64,000 bases of DNA from the human T2T-CHM13v2.0 reference genome, Homo sapiens (GCF_009914755.1 NC_060934.1), one strand, 5' to 3'. Positions 38,204-51,264 are shown, counted from the stretch's first letter. The notes: generated by a model not told the origin, from the sequence alone. Numbers and translations are program-made.

Positions 38204-39302
38204 CATTATATAGTAGCAATATAAGAGTCTTTGGACTCCTCTCACAGTCTGTGTAGCAGCTTCCGGAAGCCATCCCAGCAACATATTAGAATCATCTCCT
38301 GGAGTCATTGCCAGGGTGTTAAATCCTGTGATATGAGGTATGCCCCTATATCAACAAAATTTTTCTTATCCAGCTTTATATTCAGTTTCTCCTCTTGACT
38401 CAACACCTTCAGCATCCACTTTCATATACACTCTCCTGGTTTCTGCTGTTTCCTATTAGGCAGGTCTTACAGTTCCTTTGCTGGATAAATCCCTCTCTTC
38501 CCTTAGTAGGTCAAGCACTTGCCCTGTGAAACCAGGCTGTGATTTGGTCGTGGTTATGGCTGTGGTGGTCAGGAAGGGAGGCAGGGATACCTCGTGAAGA
38601 GGGCTAGCATTGTGCTCTAAGGAGCTTGCCTCATTGAGGCTTCTATACAAACTTAAATCAAGGCAGGGGGCAGGGGAGGATTCTTCCAACAAGGAGGGGT
38701 GAGCATTTTTTGCAGGCCCAGGGAGTCCAGGAGGATTGGGGATTCAAGAGTTCAAGTGTATCCCATATAGATATCTTTCTCCCAGATTTCAGGGTCTCAC
38801 TTCTTCCCATTAGGACTTTGACTTGGTGTATGAGAATTGTGAGGTGGAGAAGGCAACTTTCTCTGAAGTTCTGCTACTCTGACAATTATGTCCTGTTTCC
38901 AGACCTCACCTGGGTCTGCTGTCCAATTGCAAGAGATGAGGGTCCCTTTAAATACTGTTGAAGAAGCTCTCTGCCTCTCACAGTTGCTTTACACTGATGC
39001 CTGATAGTCCTGAGCTTGTCATTTTCTCTTTTCAAAGCATCCGTATTCAGCAACAACTACCCACGTTGACGGTCCTTCTACTGACTCTTTCTCCATTGTC
39101 TCTCAAACTCCTGAGGTACCACATGAGTCTGTGCACTTCCCACCTGTGCCCCATCCCCGCCAGCACAGGTGAAAGTCTCAGCAGCCACACAGCTGCCCCC
39201 TGCTCCGAATGCCCAGTTCTCCACCTACCACCAGGCCTGTGAGTGGCCCATCCGGGAATCTCATCCTTGGATCTGCTTCTTAGGCCCACTTCTGGCACCA
39301 AC

Positions 39303-39693
39303 TGCCTTGGGTTGGGTTCTCTGAGCTTGAGAAGGGGTTCAGGTTCCCATGATTTATTGAGAGAGTGCTCTTCAGAAAAAATCCTGGAGAGGAGGAAGTA
39401 AATTAGGATGGGGAAGGGAAGGAGCTCAGCAAGGCAGAGTCCAGGCTTGGCCCGATCCATGGTGGTGGGCTGTGGAGCATGAATCACACTGCAACGTCAT
39501 CTGCTCTTGAAGCAAGGGGGCCAGACTTTTGTACCCCTCTATCAGTCAGGGGTTGTGGGTGTCCATCCCTAGGGTGGAAGTATAACCTCCCTGGCAAGGT
39601 AACTCCTGTCAGCTCAGTGTAATTTTCTGGAGAAGGAGCAGCTGTGAATTGTTATCATCTGGGAGTGGATGGACCTGGTAAGCATCCACTGCA
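39303..39693 (-). mobile_element. LTR16-family 5' LTR of ERV-L provirus
   Basis: Adjacent to Leu-tRNA PBS; shares colinear blocks with 31533-31981 (GAGTGCT, GATCCATG, TATAACCTC, CTGGAGAA..GCAGCTG). Confidence 0.8.
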
Positions 39694-39862
39694 GAGAGAG
39701 TGGCATGTTCTGCTAGCAGCAGCAATTTCAGCAGGGCTGAGGCCTGCACAGTGAGGCATCCAAGAGGTAGTAGTTCTTGGACCAGGGTAGCTTGCCATGG
39801 GGGTGGTGAGAAATGGTTGGTTTTCAACACACGCACCTATACACTCCCCCCACCACACACAT

Positions 39863-40146
39863 AGAGGGGGTCTCACTCTGTTGCCCAGGCTAGAGTGAAG
39901 TGGTGTGGTCATAGGTCCCTGCAGCCTTGATCTCCCAGGCTCAAGCAATCATCCCACCACAGACTCCCAAGTAGCTGGGACTACAGGTGTGTGCCACCAC
40001 GCCTGGCTTTTTTTTTTTTTTTTTTTAGTAGAGACAAGGTCTTGCTATGTTGCCCAGGCTGTCCTTGAACTTCTGAACTCAAGCGATCTTCCCACCTAGG
40101 CCTCCCAAAGTGCTGGGATTACAGGTGCGAGCCACTGCACCCAGCC
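39863..40146 (-). mobile_element. AluJ lacking a recognisable poly-A tail
   Basis: Dimeric Alu body; tail position occupied by CA-rich sequence. Confidence 0.92.
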
Positions 40147-40149
40147 TGA

Positions 40150-41050
40150 ATATATTTTTTTAAATGACTTTATCGAGGTATAAATGACATATAACAAATA
40201 AGCTGCACATAAAGTGTACAATTTGATAACTTTTAACATGTGCATGTATAGATCCATGTAATCATCACAATAATGAAGATAATGAACATTTCCATAACCC
40301 CCAAAAGTTTCCTGTGCCCTTTGTGACCCTCTCTCCTGCTCATTCTCATTGTACCTTGCACCCTCCTTTTCACCTTCCTCCGAGTCCCAGGCAGCCAGTA
40401 ATCTTCTTTCTATCACTATAGGTGAGTTTGCCTTTTTTTTCATTATATTTTAAGTTCTAGGGTACATGTGCACAACGTGCAGGTTTGTTACATATGTATA
40501 CATGTGCCATGTTGGTGTGCTGCGCCTGTTAACTTGTGATTTACATTAGGTATATCTCCTTTTTTTAAGAATTTTGCACTGATGGAATCATACACTAGGT
40601 ACTCTTTTTTTTTTCTTTCACTGCTTTCATTTAGTCTAATTATTTCGCGATTCATTCATGTGGTTGAATGCATCAATGGTTCATTCCTTTTTAGTACTGT
40701 GTAGAATTCCAATATGTGGGTGCACCACAGTTTGTTTATCCATTCATCTGTGGATGGACATTCAGGCTGTTTCTAGTTTTTGGCAACGATGTGTAAAACT
40801 GCTATGAACATTTGTGTACAAGTCTTTGTATGGACATATGCTTTCTTTTCTCCTGTATGAATAGCGAGCTGTGGACTGGCAGGATCACATGGTAGGTGAG
40901 TGTTTAATTTGACAGAAAACTGTCAAACTGTTTCCAGAGTGACTGTATTATTTTACATTCCCATAAGCAGCATATGAAAGTATCAATCCCCACATCCTCA
41001 CCAACACTTGCTATGCCTAGTCTTTTAAACTTGAGCCATTTTAGTAAGTG
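40150..41050 (-). mobile_element. L1MB/MC-type 3' fragment
   Basis: TTTATCGAGGTATAAATGACATA, TGGAATCATACA, GCTATGAACATTTGTGTACAAGTCTTTG. Confidence 0.85.
40433..40560 (-). mobile_element. L1PA (PA4/5-like) extreme 3' fragment, about 125 bp
   Basis: TTAAGTTCTAGGGTACATGTGCACAACGTGCAGGTTTGTTACATATGTATACATGTGCCATGTTGG. Confidence 0.92.
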
Positions 41051-43008
41051 TTCTGGATATGTGTTGAATGTAGAGCCTACAGGATTCATAATAGATTGGA
41101 TCTAGGATTTGAGAGAGGGGTTATTTATGCAACAAATATTAACTGAGTGCTGTCTCTATCCTGGCATTTTTTTTAGAGGTTTGGGGCATAGTAGATAACA
41201 AAACGCACATAATCCCTTCCCTCATGGACCTTACAGCCTACATCACTTTCTTGCCTGTTTGGGGAAGACTAAGGTGGCTTAGGGTGTGGGATGAGGAGGC
41301 AAAGAAGGAGGCAAGTTCAACTGATGGAGGTGGTGAATGGTGTGAGAGCAGAGGGTGAAGGCAGGCTGTGTGGTGTAAGATTCAGGGGGTCTGGTCTAGA
41401 AAGATACAGTGACATCCTGTTTCCTATTAGTGTGACCCTAGCTGGGTCATGTGACTGCACTGGGCAGCTTCAGTTTCTTCATCTGTAAAGTGGGAATAAT
41501 GAATACTTTAGGTGAACTGAGATGTCTTACTGGCACTTAGCCAGATCTAGACGCTAAGTGCAGTCCTTAAAAAATATCCTTACTGAAGTCAGTGACATTA
41601 CATTTATTCACCAACTTTACTTTTTAGAGGGGACCAGAGAGTCCTGTGTCCTCAGAAATGTCCCAGGGATCACAGAGTCAGCCCATGGTCCAGTGCCTTA
41701 TTTCCACCCTCTTCTGCTAACTCTTCAGGTGCAGACTATCAGCCTGTGGGCCCTGAACAGGTGAGCAGAGTGTAAGGGCTGTTTGCAGCTTTATTTTTAG
41801 AGCCGGCCCTGGAAGATGGCTCAGGCTCCGAGGCTCCATGGGGAGCTGAAGTCAGGCTATATTTAGGAAACACAGCTGCATCCCACTATCCCTCCCATGT
41901 CACTGGGATTTAGTCCTGGTGTTCGGAAAGAACACCTCAGGTTTGCCTAAGCTGTGTTTTGTATCTGTGGGTGTCCCCAGGAGCAATGGGGCACCCTTCC
42001 TCGGAGCCTCTGTCTCAAGCTCTCTGTGATGAAGGCGCAGGCAGGGTACGACCTGCCTCCTTTGTATCACCAGTGGTTTCTGCCTCATCGTGATGCTCAC
42101 GGCTGGGAGTGTGGCTCCCTTCAGTGCCCTCTGTATAGCCATAGCAACCATGATGATCCACATTTGTTCAGCATTTCCTGTTTACCCAGTGCTTTTACAA
42201 CCATCTCCTATTGCATCCTCCCGATGGGTCTGGAGTGTGGCATCATGATCACTATCCCTGTGTTCTGGATGAGGAAACTGAGACTCCAAGAAATGCAAGG
42301 ATATGCCTAAAGGCACTGTGTGAGTGACCGAGGTCATGAACTTAGGCTGTGGGATTCCAAGGTCAGGGTTCTTTCAGTTAAGTTGTCATTGTTGTAGTAA
42401 TTGTGCAATCTGTAAGTCCCTGGCCTATCCTGCCCCACCACCTGCCTGCACAAATCCTTCTCTTTTGAGGCTCTGTAGTTGGCTCAAATGCCACCTTCTC
42501 TGGGAAGCCCTTTCTGATTCTTTCAGATGAATGTGAACTCATGGGTCATTTCATGATACAATGCAGAATGCCATGGGGGTGGAGTGTGGTTTAGCACAGC
42601 TCCTATGTGCACGTCATACCTCCGCTACTGGCTCACAAGCTCCTCTTCATATTCCCTATGTCATCTTGTCGAGACCTCACGAGCTTGTAGCAGGTGCTTA
42701 AGTTCTGACTGAATTGAATTCCAACCAAATGCTGTAACTGGATGGTTCCCAGATCCCACATAGGGTTTGAGATTGGACAGATCCTTGAGCTCATAGCCTG
42801 GTGCTGCCATTTTCTGGCTGGATGACCTAGGCTATTATCATAACCAACTCTAGGCCTCAGTTTGCTCACCTGTAATGCGGGAATAATCATAGTCCTATTT
42901 CATGAGGCTGTGGTGTGAGGATCAGAAGAGCTAATGCAAATGAAGACCATGTTTATTATGCCCAGTGCATAATGAATGCTAAAAAATTAGCCACACATAT
43001 TCTTATTC

Positions 43009-43300
43009 TTTTTTTTTTTTTTGAGACGGAGTCTTGCTCTGTCGCCAGGCTAGAGTGCAGTGGCGTGGTCTCGCTCACTGCAACCTCCCACTCTCTGGTT
43101 CAAGCGATTCTCCTGTCTCAGCCTCCCGAGTAGCTGGGATTACAGGCACACGCCACCACGCCCAGCTAATTTTTGTATTTTTAGTATAGATGGGGTTTCA
43201 CCATGATGGCCAGGATGGTCTCAATCTCCTGACCTCATGATCCACCCGCCTCGGCCTCCCCAAGTGCTGGGTTTACAGGTGTGAGCCACTGTGCCCGGTC
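43009..43300 (-). mobile_element. AluSc-like
   Basis: GTCGCCAGG and GACCTCATGATCC diagnostic short deletions; TSD CATATTCTTA(T/A)TCTTT. Confidence 0.95.
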
Positions 43301-44074
43301 CATATTCTTAATCTTTATTCAGCAATCTTGACTGATTCTCTAGCAGGAACAAAGATCAGTTGATGTGTGACATCAGATGACATCACACAAAAAATAAACA
43401 AATAGATGTTCATTAGGAATGTCCTGTGACATTCATTTATTCGTTCATTCTCTTATCCATTCAGAGTCGATATGACTCACCTGGGAGCACAGACAAGGGT
43501 GGGCATTAGTCCACATCTTCCCTGTCTCATGGTTAAAGCCACTCTTTTCCTGCAGAAGGGGAAATTTCTCTGCTTTCTTGGTAGAGAAGTTGGTCACCTT
43601 CCCTTTTTGCCATCAGAACTGTAGGCAGAGGCCTGGAGATTAGAGAGGAGGGGGCCTTGGGAGGCTGTGATGGCAGGGGATGGCCAGTGTGTTCTGGGAG
43701 GCACAGGTCCTCCCAGTGGACAGAAGCAGGAAGCTGGCAAGGATAGCAGGTACCTGAAGCGGGGGTCTGACTGGAGTAGTCCTTTGTAGCAGGGTGACCT
43801 GGTTGGCCTAGGAGTAGTGAATGCCCAGGAATGGCTGAGTTGGTTTAGTTCTGAGCTGGCATCCAACCAGACTCTTTGTCCTATAGGAGAGAGCTTCACT
43901 GGCCTTATGGCAAGGACTGGCAACCTTGGCCCGGTGAATGGGAGCATGAATAGCCCAGCTGGTTTTCTTATGGAGGATAACCTTATGGAGTTTATTCTGG
44001 TTTTACTTTATGTAGATGAGGGAGTAACTTAGCTGACTCTGTAGAAGGGGAGTAGGAGTGGCCTAGGATGTGGC

Positions 44075-44410
44075 AGAGACAGTGGTGATCACATCACTGA
44101 GAGTCCATCTGCTCTCCCAGAACCGCGTGATTGCTTCTGCTTCTGTGAGTAGAAGCAAGGTGAGTCACTTCTGGGATGCAGTATGGAAGAGCTGGTGTGA
44201 CATCCTACAACTTCTCTTCCCCTGCTGCAGTGATAGAAGAGGCTGAGAGTTTTAGGTGGAAGAGTCTCTGCCAGCCAGGATCCCTGAGTGACTATGTGGA
44301 GCAGAGTCTACCTCAGCCTCAAGCTGGCTCTGGGAGCAAGAAACAAACCTTTGTTGCATTTAGCCACAGAGATTTTGGGGTGATTTCCACTGCAAAGTGA
44401 ACATTAGATA
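44075..44410 (+). mobile_element. Old MLT1 (H/I/J-like) LTR
   Basis: GGATCCCTGAGTGACTATGTGGAGCAGAG...AAGAAACAAACCTTTG..AGCCACAGAGATTTTGGGG. Confidence 0.75.
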
Positions 44411-46909
44411 CCTGCAAAAGTTGATGGTAATGGCATGGGGAGGATACTAATGTTTCCTAGATTCTGGAAAATATTTTTGTTCAAGTTCCATTTATATTGT
44501 GTTCTGGGGAGCAGTTCCTATGCTGAACATCAGTTACCTTACCAATCTTCTTGATTCTCTCAACACATAGGGAAACTGAGGCTCAGAGAGGTTAAGTAAC
44601 AAACTTAAGGTCATGTGGCTGGTTTCGTGGCATAGCTAGACTTTATAACCTTGGTCTTAACAAGTATGTAAATGAATGTTTTTTTTCATAAAGAGAATTT
44701 CATTTGCCCATTGGCTTTGCTCAATTCTCTCAGCGGTGCTTCATCATCAGTTTGATTATCCTTAAGTGAAGTTCACCCTGTAGTCAAGCAATTAATGTCA
44801 ATAAACAAACACTCAAATGTAGCAGGAGAGCCAGCTCTGAAAGGGGAATGGGGATGAGTCCTTAAGTGAAACAAGAACTTTTTAAGAAGATGAATAATGG
44901 CTGTCTCTTTTTTGCAAACTAGAATTTTTGTATATCGAAGATTTTAAAAAACAGTAATGCCATGTATATTTTTGTGTACATATATACTTAGGTGTGTATG
45001 CATATTTTGGTGTGTCTTGTGGATATGTGTGTACCAAGTGTCTGGATTTACAGACAATGCATTCTTGATCAACACACACCCAATTAATTGAACTTTTTCA
45101 TAATGTTTAATCCCTTTATGAGAATGAAGACAATAACGAAAAGTAGGAATATATTTTTGAAACTATAAAATTTTTAGTATTTTGAAAGTATTGAATTTTT
45201 ATCAAACCCAGCCTCCTAAACCTTTAGGTTGTATTAATTCATTTATTTAATGAGCAATTATTGTGCACCTAGTGTGTCCCAGGCACCTGGGCTTCAGGGG
45301 CAAAGTACTGATAATGACCTCGAAGAACCAAGGAGCTTCCTAAGGGAGAAAATACAAGAACCCAGAACTCTGTGACCCAGTAAGACAGTGGTAAACACTG
45401 TATGGGGATTCCCCGGAGGACTAGGAAAGTTCAGAAGGGAAATTTTTCCCACTTAGGGTGAGAAGTCAGCAAAAGCCTCACAGGGAAGACAGCATTTGAG
45501 TTGACTCAGGACAGGGAGGATGGGGTAGGATTTTGATAGAGACTTCAGGAGAGGCTGTTCCTACCAGACACAACATCCAGAGCTCAGGCATGATGGTAAG
45601 GGTGAAATTAAACTAATGCACTTCAACAAGGAGGTTGAAATAAGCGATTGCAGGTTAACCTCTAATTAACCGGAAAATGCCAGTAACTGGAACCACTTAT
45701 AGAAGGTTGTTCCATGAATTAAGATTTTCCTGTGCGTGTGCACGGTGTGTAAGACTACGCAGTCACAGATACACTCACACAGATACTTCAGCCCCACGCT
45801 GCCCTAAGGACCCTCCCTTTGCACGCAGTGGGCGCGAATCTCTGCACCCCTCTGTGGCAGGGAGCGGTGCTGCCCATCAGTCTGGAAGACACATTCTCAG
45901 CACGTCACGCTGCGGCCCCACGGAGGCCCCGTTCCAAGAGTATTGGAAATGTAATCACAACAGTTTTTATTAGCAAAAGAACAGCAGGAACCCTTCTGCT
46001 GTCCATATGGACAGATCCCGATGGGTATTCATGAAACAGTTTGCTACGGGAACAGCCGTGCTTAAAACTCCTCGTCCAATTACCTTTGAACTTGCCTTTT
46101 TTGCTGCAGTGGCTACTGCTGCTGCATGTGAAACATCTTACACACTCGTTTCTCCCCAGGAGGGAGGCATCTGCTTCACCCTGTTTGGGGTTCTTTGCCC
46201 TGGAGGCTGGGCAGCGGTGGGTCCGAGGAGATTCAGGAGTTTTGGGCCTGGTCACTCATCATGGATGTCCAGGCGGTCAACTCGGTTTCATTTGTCCTGT
46301 TAAATTGGCCAGCTAATTGGAGCCAACGATAGCTTTTGGAGAAACCCCTTAGCCCTGTTAGGGCTTAGAACAAGGGGCAATTCTGCAAGGACATTTGGTG
46401 AGAGGGTTAAGAACTTGCTGATGTAAGCATTGTTTCCTGGCCATGTCCAAATGCTTCCCAGGTAGAGGGCAATGGGTATAGTGACCATGCAGCCTAGGTG
46501 CTTGGATACATTTCTAATCCCCAATACCTCTTCTCACCATCCCTACTGGTATCTATAAGTTCAGATCAAGTTATATGCCACAATTCTAGGAAAGAAAATA
46601 CAGTTTTTATGTATGGAGGACAGAAATATGTACATTGGAAATAGGATCCCTGTTAAATCAGAAAGAAGCCCCTGCCTTCTGCAGGTTGCAGGTGCCAGAC
46701 CTTGAAATTCATTGGCTGGAAGAAGACAGAGAAGGAGCATCATGCAATTTGAAGCTGGCAAGTCTCAGAGTTGGTGAAAATCAATACTGGGAGTGGCCAA
46801 CAAAACAAACACAGTTTTAGTGGTTGATGCCTTGTGAACTGAGCAGATCTGCCGTGGATATCCAGGTCAGAGAGAAGTCAGAGGGGACATCTGATGTTCT
46901 GCCTGCTGC

Positions 46910-46924
46910 GCTGCCATCTTCTGG
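46910..46924 (-). promoter_or_regulatory. Candidate CTCF site
   Basis: Minus strand CCAGAAGATGGCAGC vs core CCASYAGRKGGCRSY, one mismatch; motif match only. Confidence 0.4.
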
Positions 46925-46929
46925 CAATG

Positions 46930-47345
46930 ATGTTTCCGTTTTCCTTTGGGAATTCATCACTTTCCTGCTCTCAGGCAGTGGGGTTGGACTGGGCTGGCTT
47001 CTGTCCTCTGCCTTGAGGAGTGGATGTAGAACTCAAGCCTGGCCCAATAGCATCTCATGGATTGGTTGTGAAATGAGCCTACTTGGGACAAAAAGGATGT
47101 GACTTGGGGCTTTTGCTGGAACTCTCTTCAAGTAAGGAGGCTTCTAAGCAGGGGAAATGTGGGCCTGAAGGTGTGGGTGGCTATGTATTTGTCACCTGGA
47201 AAGAACCTGATGAGAAGGACTCCCATCCTGATCCAACCATGCCCAAGGCTATGCCATCTTGGCCACTTGGTACCTGAAACAATGGATCTTCTTCTGTGCC
47301 TAAGGCAGTTAGAGAAGCCTCCAGGGGTTAAGATTCTGCTAGATG
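46930..47345 (+). mobile_element. Old MLT1 (K/L-like) LTR
   Basis: CTCAAGCCTGGCCCAAT...CCTGATCCAACCATGCCCAAG...CTAAGGCAGTTAGAG. Confidence 0.5.
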
Positions 47346-48378
47346 ACCCTCTTCTCAAAGGAAGTGGTCCTTCCAGGTCTTCCTCCCTGTTTTCAAATCC
47401 ATCACCTTAGGCCTCCCATTTCTCATCGGGGGCAGCTTCTCAAGCTGGCTAGAGGAGAGTCAGGCATCTTGCCTGGGTGTGGAATCACATATGGTGGTGT
47501 CAGATGGTCCTGGGTACGATCCTGGCTCATCGTAGTGGCTCATTAAATCATGTTAATAATCTGACTGCATACATTTATGGGGCTTTTCCATTTCCCATCC
47601 CTGAAGGCAGAATCACCCTGGGGTTTAGTCCAGAGTGTGGACTTTGGAGTCAGACCAGACCAGGATTCATGCTCCAGCACTGCCATTGCTAGCAATGACT
47701 TGGGAAAGTTGCTTAATCTCTGTAGGCCTCAACTCATCAGGAAAATGGGCATGACTATGCTTGTCCCCCACTGGATTTTACGAGGCCTGAATGAGAAAAT
47801 TCATGCAAAGCAAAGCTTAGCCTGGCATGTTCTACGTGGGAGCCACTATTGTTATTTCTAGAAACCCATAAAAACAAATTCTTAAAGCTACTAAGCCAAT
47901 GCCCCTCAATTAGTATTCCACTGGATTTCCCAGTGCACACTCTTCCTTTTCTTTCTATCTTTTCCTCCCAGTATCCACTGAGGACTGGGTTTTCTGTTCT
48001 GAAGTCTGTGTTTACCCAGAGGTAGAAGATAACAGGTACATTATGAGAGCTCTCCAGGGGCAGGAGCCATACCCAACAGCCAGGAAAGACTAGAGCAGAA
48101 GAAAGTGTGTTCTGATGGAGGAAAAAGGGGCAATTCTCAGGAAGGGGACAGCCTTGCTGAGGGCTGATGGATCCAACATCTTTGACTGCATGATATTTGT
48201 TTGAAGGACAAAACCACTGTTGTTCCACCTTGGAGATGCGGAGCTCGCCTCTTCAGTTCAATTCAGTCTTCCTGAGTATCTACTTTGTTTAGAGTCATGG
48301 TATCCAACCCAGCTCAGATTTTCCCTCTTATTTGTTTTCTTATCCAAGTAGAAAGAGGGAGTATGCAGCAGTATGGAA

Positions 48379-49901
48379 ATTGTAGAAATTGGCAAGCTGA
48401 TTCTATAATTCATATGGAAATGAAAAAGACCTAGAATAGCCAAAACAATTTTGAAAAAGAACAAAGTTGGAGGACTAACACTGCCTGATTTTAAAGCTTA
48501 TTATAAAACTACAGTAATCAAGACAGTGTAGTATTGGCATCAAGATAGACAAATAGATCAACAAAATGGAACTGGGAGTCCAGAAATAGACCCATGCATA
48601 TACGGACAACTGATTTTTTGACAAAGTTGCAAAGACAATTCAGTGGAGAAAGGATAGTCTTTTTTAAAACAAATGATGATAAAAAAATTAGATACTCATA
48701 TGCAAAAAAAAGCTTTGATCCATAACTTGCACTACATGTAACAATTAGATCAAAATGGATGACAAATCTAAATGTAAAACCTAAAACTATAACACTTCCA
48801 GAAGAAAACAGGAGAAATCTTTGTGACCTTGGTTTAGGCAGAGTTTTAAAATATGACACCAAGAGCATAATCCATAAAAGAAAAAAATAATATATTGGAC
48901 TTCATCCAAATGAAAAACTTCTGCTCTTTGACATATACTGTCAAGGGAATTAAAAGGCAAGTCACAAACTGGGAGAAAATACACAAAAATCGTGTATCTG
49001 ATGAACTTGCATCTGTAATATAAAAGCAGCTTACAATAAAAATAAGACCACCTAATTAAAAGCAAACAGAAGATTGTAATGCACATTTTACTATAGAATA
49101 TACTCAAATGGTTAATAAGCACATGAAAAGATGCTCAACATCATTAGTCATTAGGGAAATGCAAACTGAAATCACAATGAGATATCACTATACATCCTAT
49201 TCGAGTGGCTAAAATGAAAAAGACTGACCATGCCAGGTGTTGGTGAGAATATGGGGACTGAAACTCTCATACACTGCCGCTGGGAAGTAAAATACTGAAA
49301 AACAGTTTGACTATTTCTTATCAAGTTTAATGTGTACCTACAGTTATGATCCAGCCAGTCCACAGCTAGCTACGCACTGAAGAGAAAAGAAAGCACGTGT
49401 CCATACAAAGACTTGTACACAAATGTTCATAGCAGCTTTACTGTAATTGCCAAAAACTGGAAACAACCTGAAAGTCCATCAGCAGGTAAATACATAAACA
49501 AACTGTGATGTGTCCATATATCGGAATACTGCTCAGAAATAAAAAGGAATGAACTAATGGTATATGCAATAATATAAACAAATATCAAAATAATTATGCA
49601 TAAGGAAAGAAGCCAGAAAAAAGAGTAATACTTAGTTTGATATATATTTCATTCATATAAATTTTAGAAGATGCAAGCTGGTCTATCATGACAAAGAGCA
49701 GATCAGTGCTTGCCTCGGGGTTGAGGGCAAGGGGCTGGCAGTGAGTGGTGGGAGGAAATTTCTGGGGGTGATGGATATGTTCATTATCTTAATTGTGATG
49801 GTTTCATGGGTTTCTGTATGTCATAACTTACCAAAATGTACACTTTAATTATGTGTCATTTATTATATGTCAATTATATGTCCTAAGTATGCTGTTAAAA
49901 A
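48379..49901 (+). mobile_element. L1MB8/L1ME1-like fragment (ORF2 C-terminus through 3' end)
   Basis: AAAAAGAACAAAGTTGGAGGACTAACACTGCCTGA, AAGATGCTCAACATCATTAGTCATTAGGGAAATGCAAA, 3' UTR ending GCTGTTAAAAAA. Confidence 0.92.
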
Positions 49902-50399
49902 AGGAAGAGATGATAAGACTCTAACAGCAGCACCTGGATCAGATAAAATAGTCCAAGAAGGTGGCTGGCTGTCCAGGGGAAGAGGGAGAGATGGAACAGA
50001 TTACTGGCTCCAAGGCCAATGTCCCTTATTTTGTACCTGCCCACCTTTTCCCCCACTGTCCCCTCTGTCAGGGCATGCCCTTCCCATCCTCCTCACCTAT
50101 TTAGATTCTATTGTCCTTCTAGATCTAGGAGAGAAAATGCTTCCTCCACGAAGCCTCCCAGGACCAGATGAAGAGTTGTGTTTTCTTCATCTTATATGCT
50201 TGTACAGCATTAATTTTGTATATTACTCCTTGGAGTGTGCATTGTGGGTCTTGCCACATAGAGGACAAATAAGTGAAGGGTTCAGTTAGCATCAGTAACT
50301 GCTCTCTCAGGCTCTCCTGAGGCTTCTAAAAGTGTCTTCTCTTCCTGGTCGTTTTTCCACCTCCCTTGGGATGGGACGAGAAGGAGGTCTGCCCACACA

Positions 50400-51198
50400 A
50401 GCTTCTTTTCAGTGAGCAGCAACTCCGCCTACTGGAGGGCAATGCCCATGAAGCACCCCTCTCTCTCCCATGTGCAGTCAATCACAACATGCCCCAGGCT
50501 CTCTTCAAAGCTTGAATCAACCTACTCTTTTCTCTATGGCCACGACCCTAGTCCCAACTGCCATCACTGTTTGCATTTGCTGGGAGCACCACACTAGCCT
50601 TGTCTCTGGTTTCTCTACTTCTACTCCTCCCACCACTCCCAATGGGCCTATTCTTAACCCAGCACCCAGAGGGATTCTTCCAAGAGTTGCATCAGCCTAT
50701 GCCACTTCCCCGCATGTCACTTTTACCTAAATTCGCCCAACTGCACTCAGATTAAAACCAAAACCCCTTGCCATGGCCATACGGCTGAGCTGATGTGGCT
50801 TCTGCTGCACTCACTGGACTGGCCTTTCTTCAGTATGGAGCACACCCTGGACTCCTTGCCCCTTGGGTCCATGGCACGTCCTCTCCGTCTCCTGGAGCTT
50901 GTTCCTCACCCATCCTCCTTTGCAGGAGCTTCTTCTGAGAGGCCTTCCCTGGATATCTGCTCAAAGCTCTTCCTTCCTCTTTGTTCTTTGTCTCACAACA
51001 TTCAGTTCTGTTCTTTCTTTGCACATATTCCTATTTGTAAGTGCATATTTATATGTTGTGTTACTAACATAAAGGCTGTCTGCTCCACTCAGATGGGAGC
51101 TCTGGGAGAGCAGGAAGCCAGTCTCCCGTTTACTGTTGTCTGCCATGTCCCCAGCACCAGGCTCTCAAAAATATTTGTTGAATGAGTGAATGAATGAA
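50400..51198 (+). mobile_element. L2 3' fragment
   Basis: GAGAGGCCTTCCCTG ... AAATATTTGTTGAATGAGTGAATGAATGAA terminus. Confidence 0.8.
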
Positions 51199-51264
51199 TC
51201 ACAAGGCGAGATTTGAGGGAACTGACTTTCTGCTGTATCCATTGTCCTAGTGACCTTGGAGCAT

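Noticed and set aside
45590-45602. Strong isolated splice donors (45597, 60986, 63327)
   Set aside because: No paired acceptor or consistent exon chain; isolated GTAAG sites are frequent by chance.
45905-46316. Overlapping 91-116 aa ORFs as possible transposase remnant or exon
   Set aside because: No recognisable HTH or DDE motif and no convincing splice pair; region kept only as a non-coding candidate.
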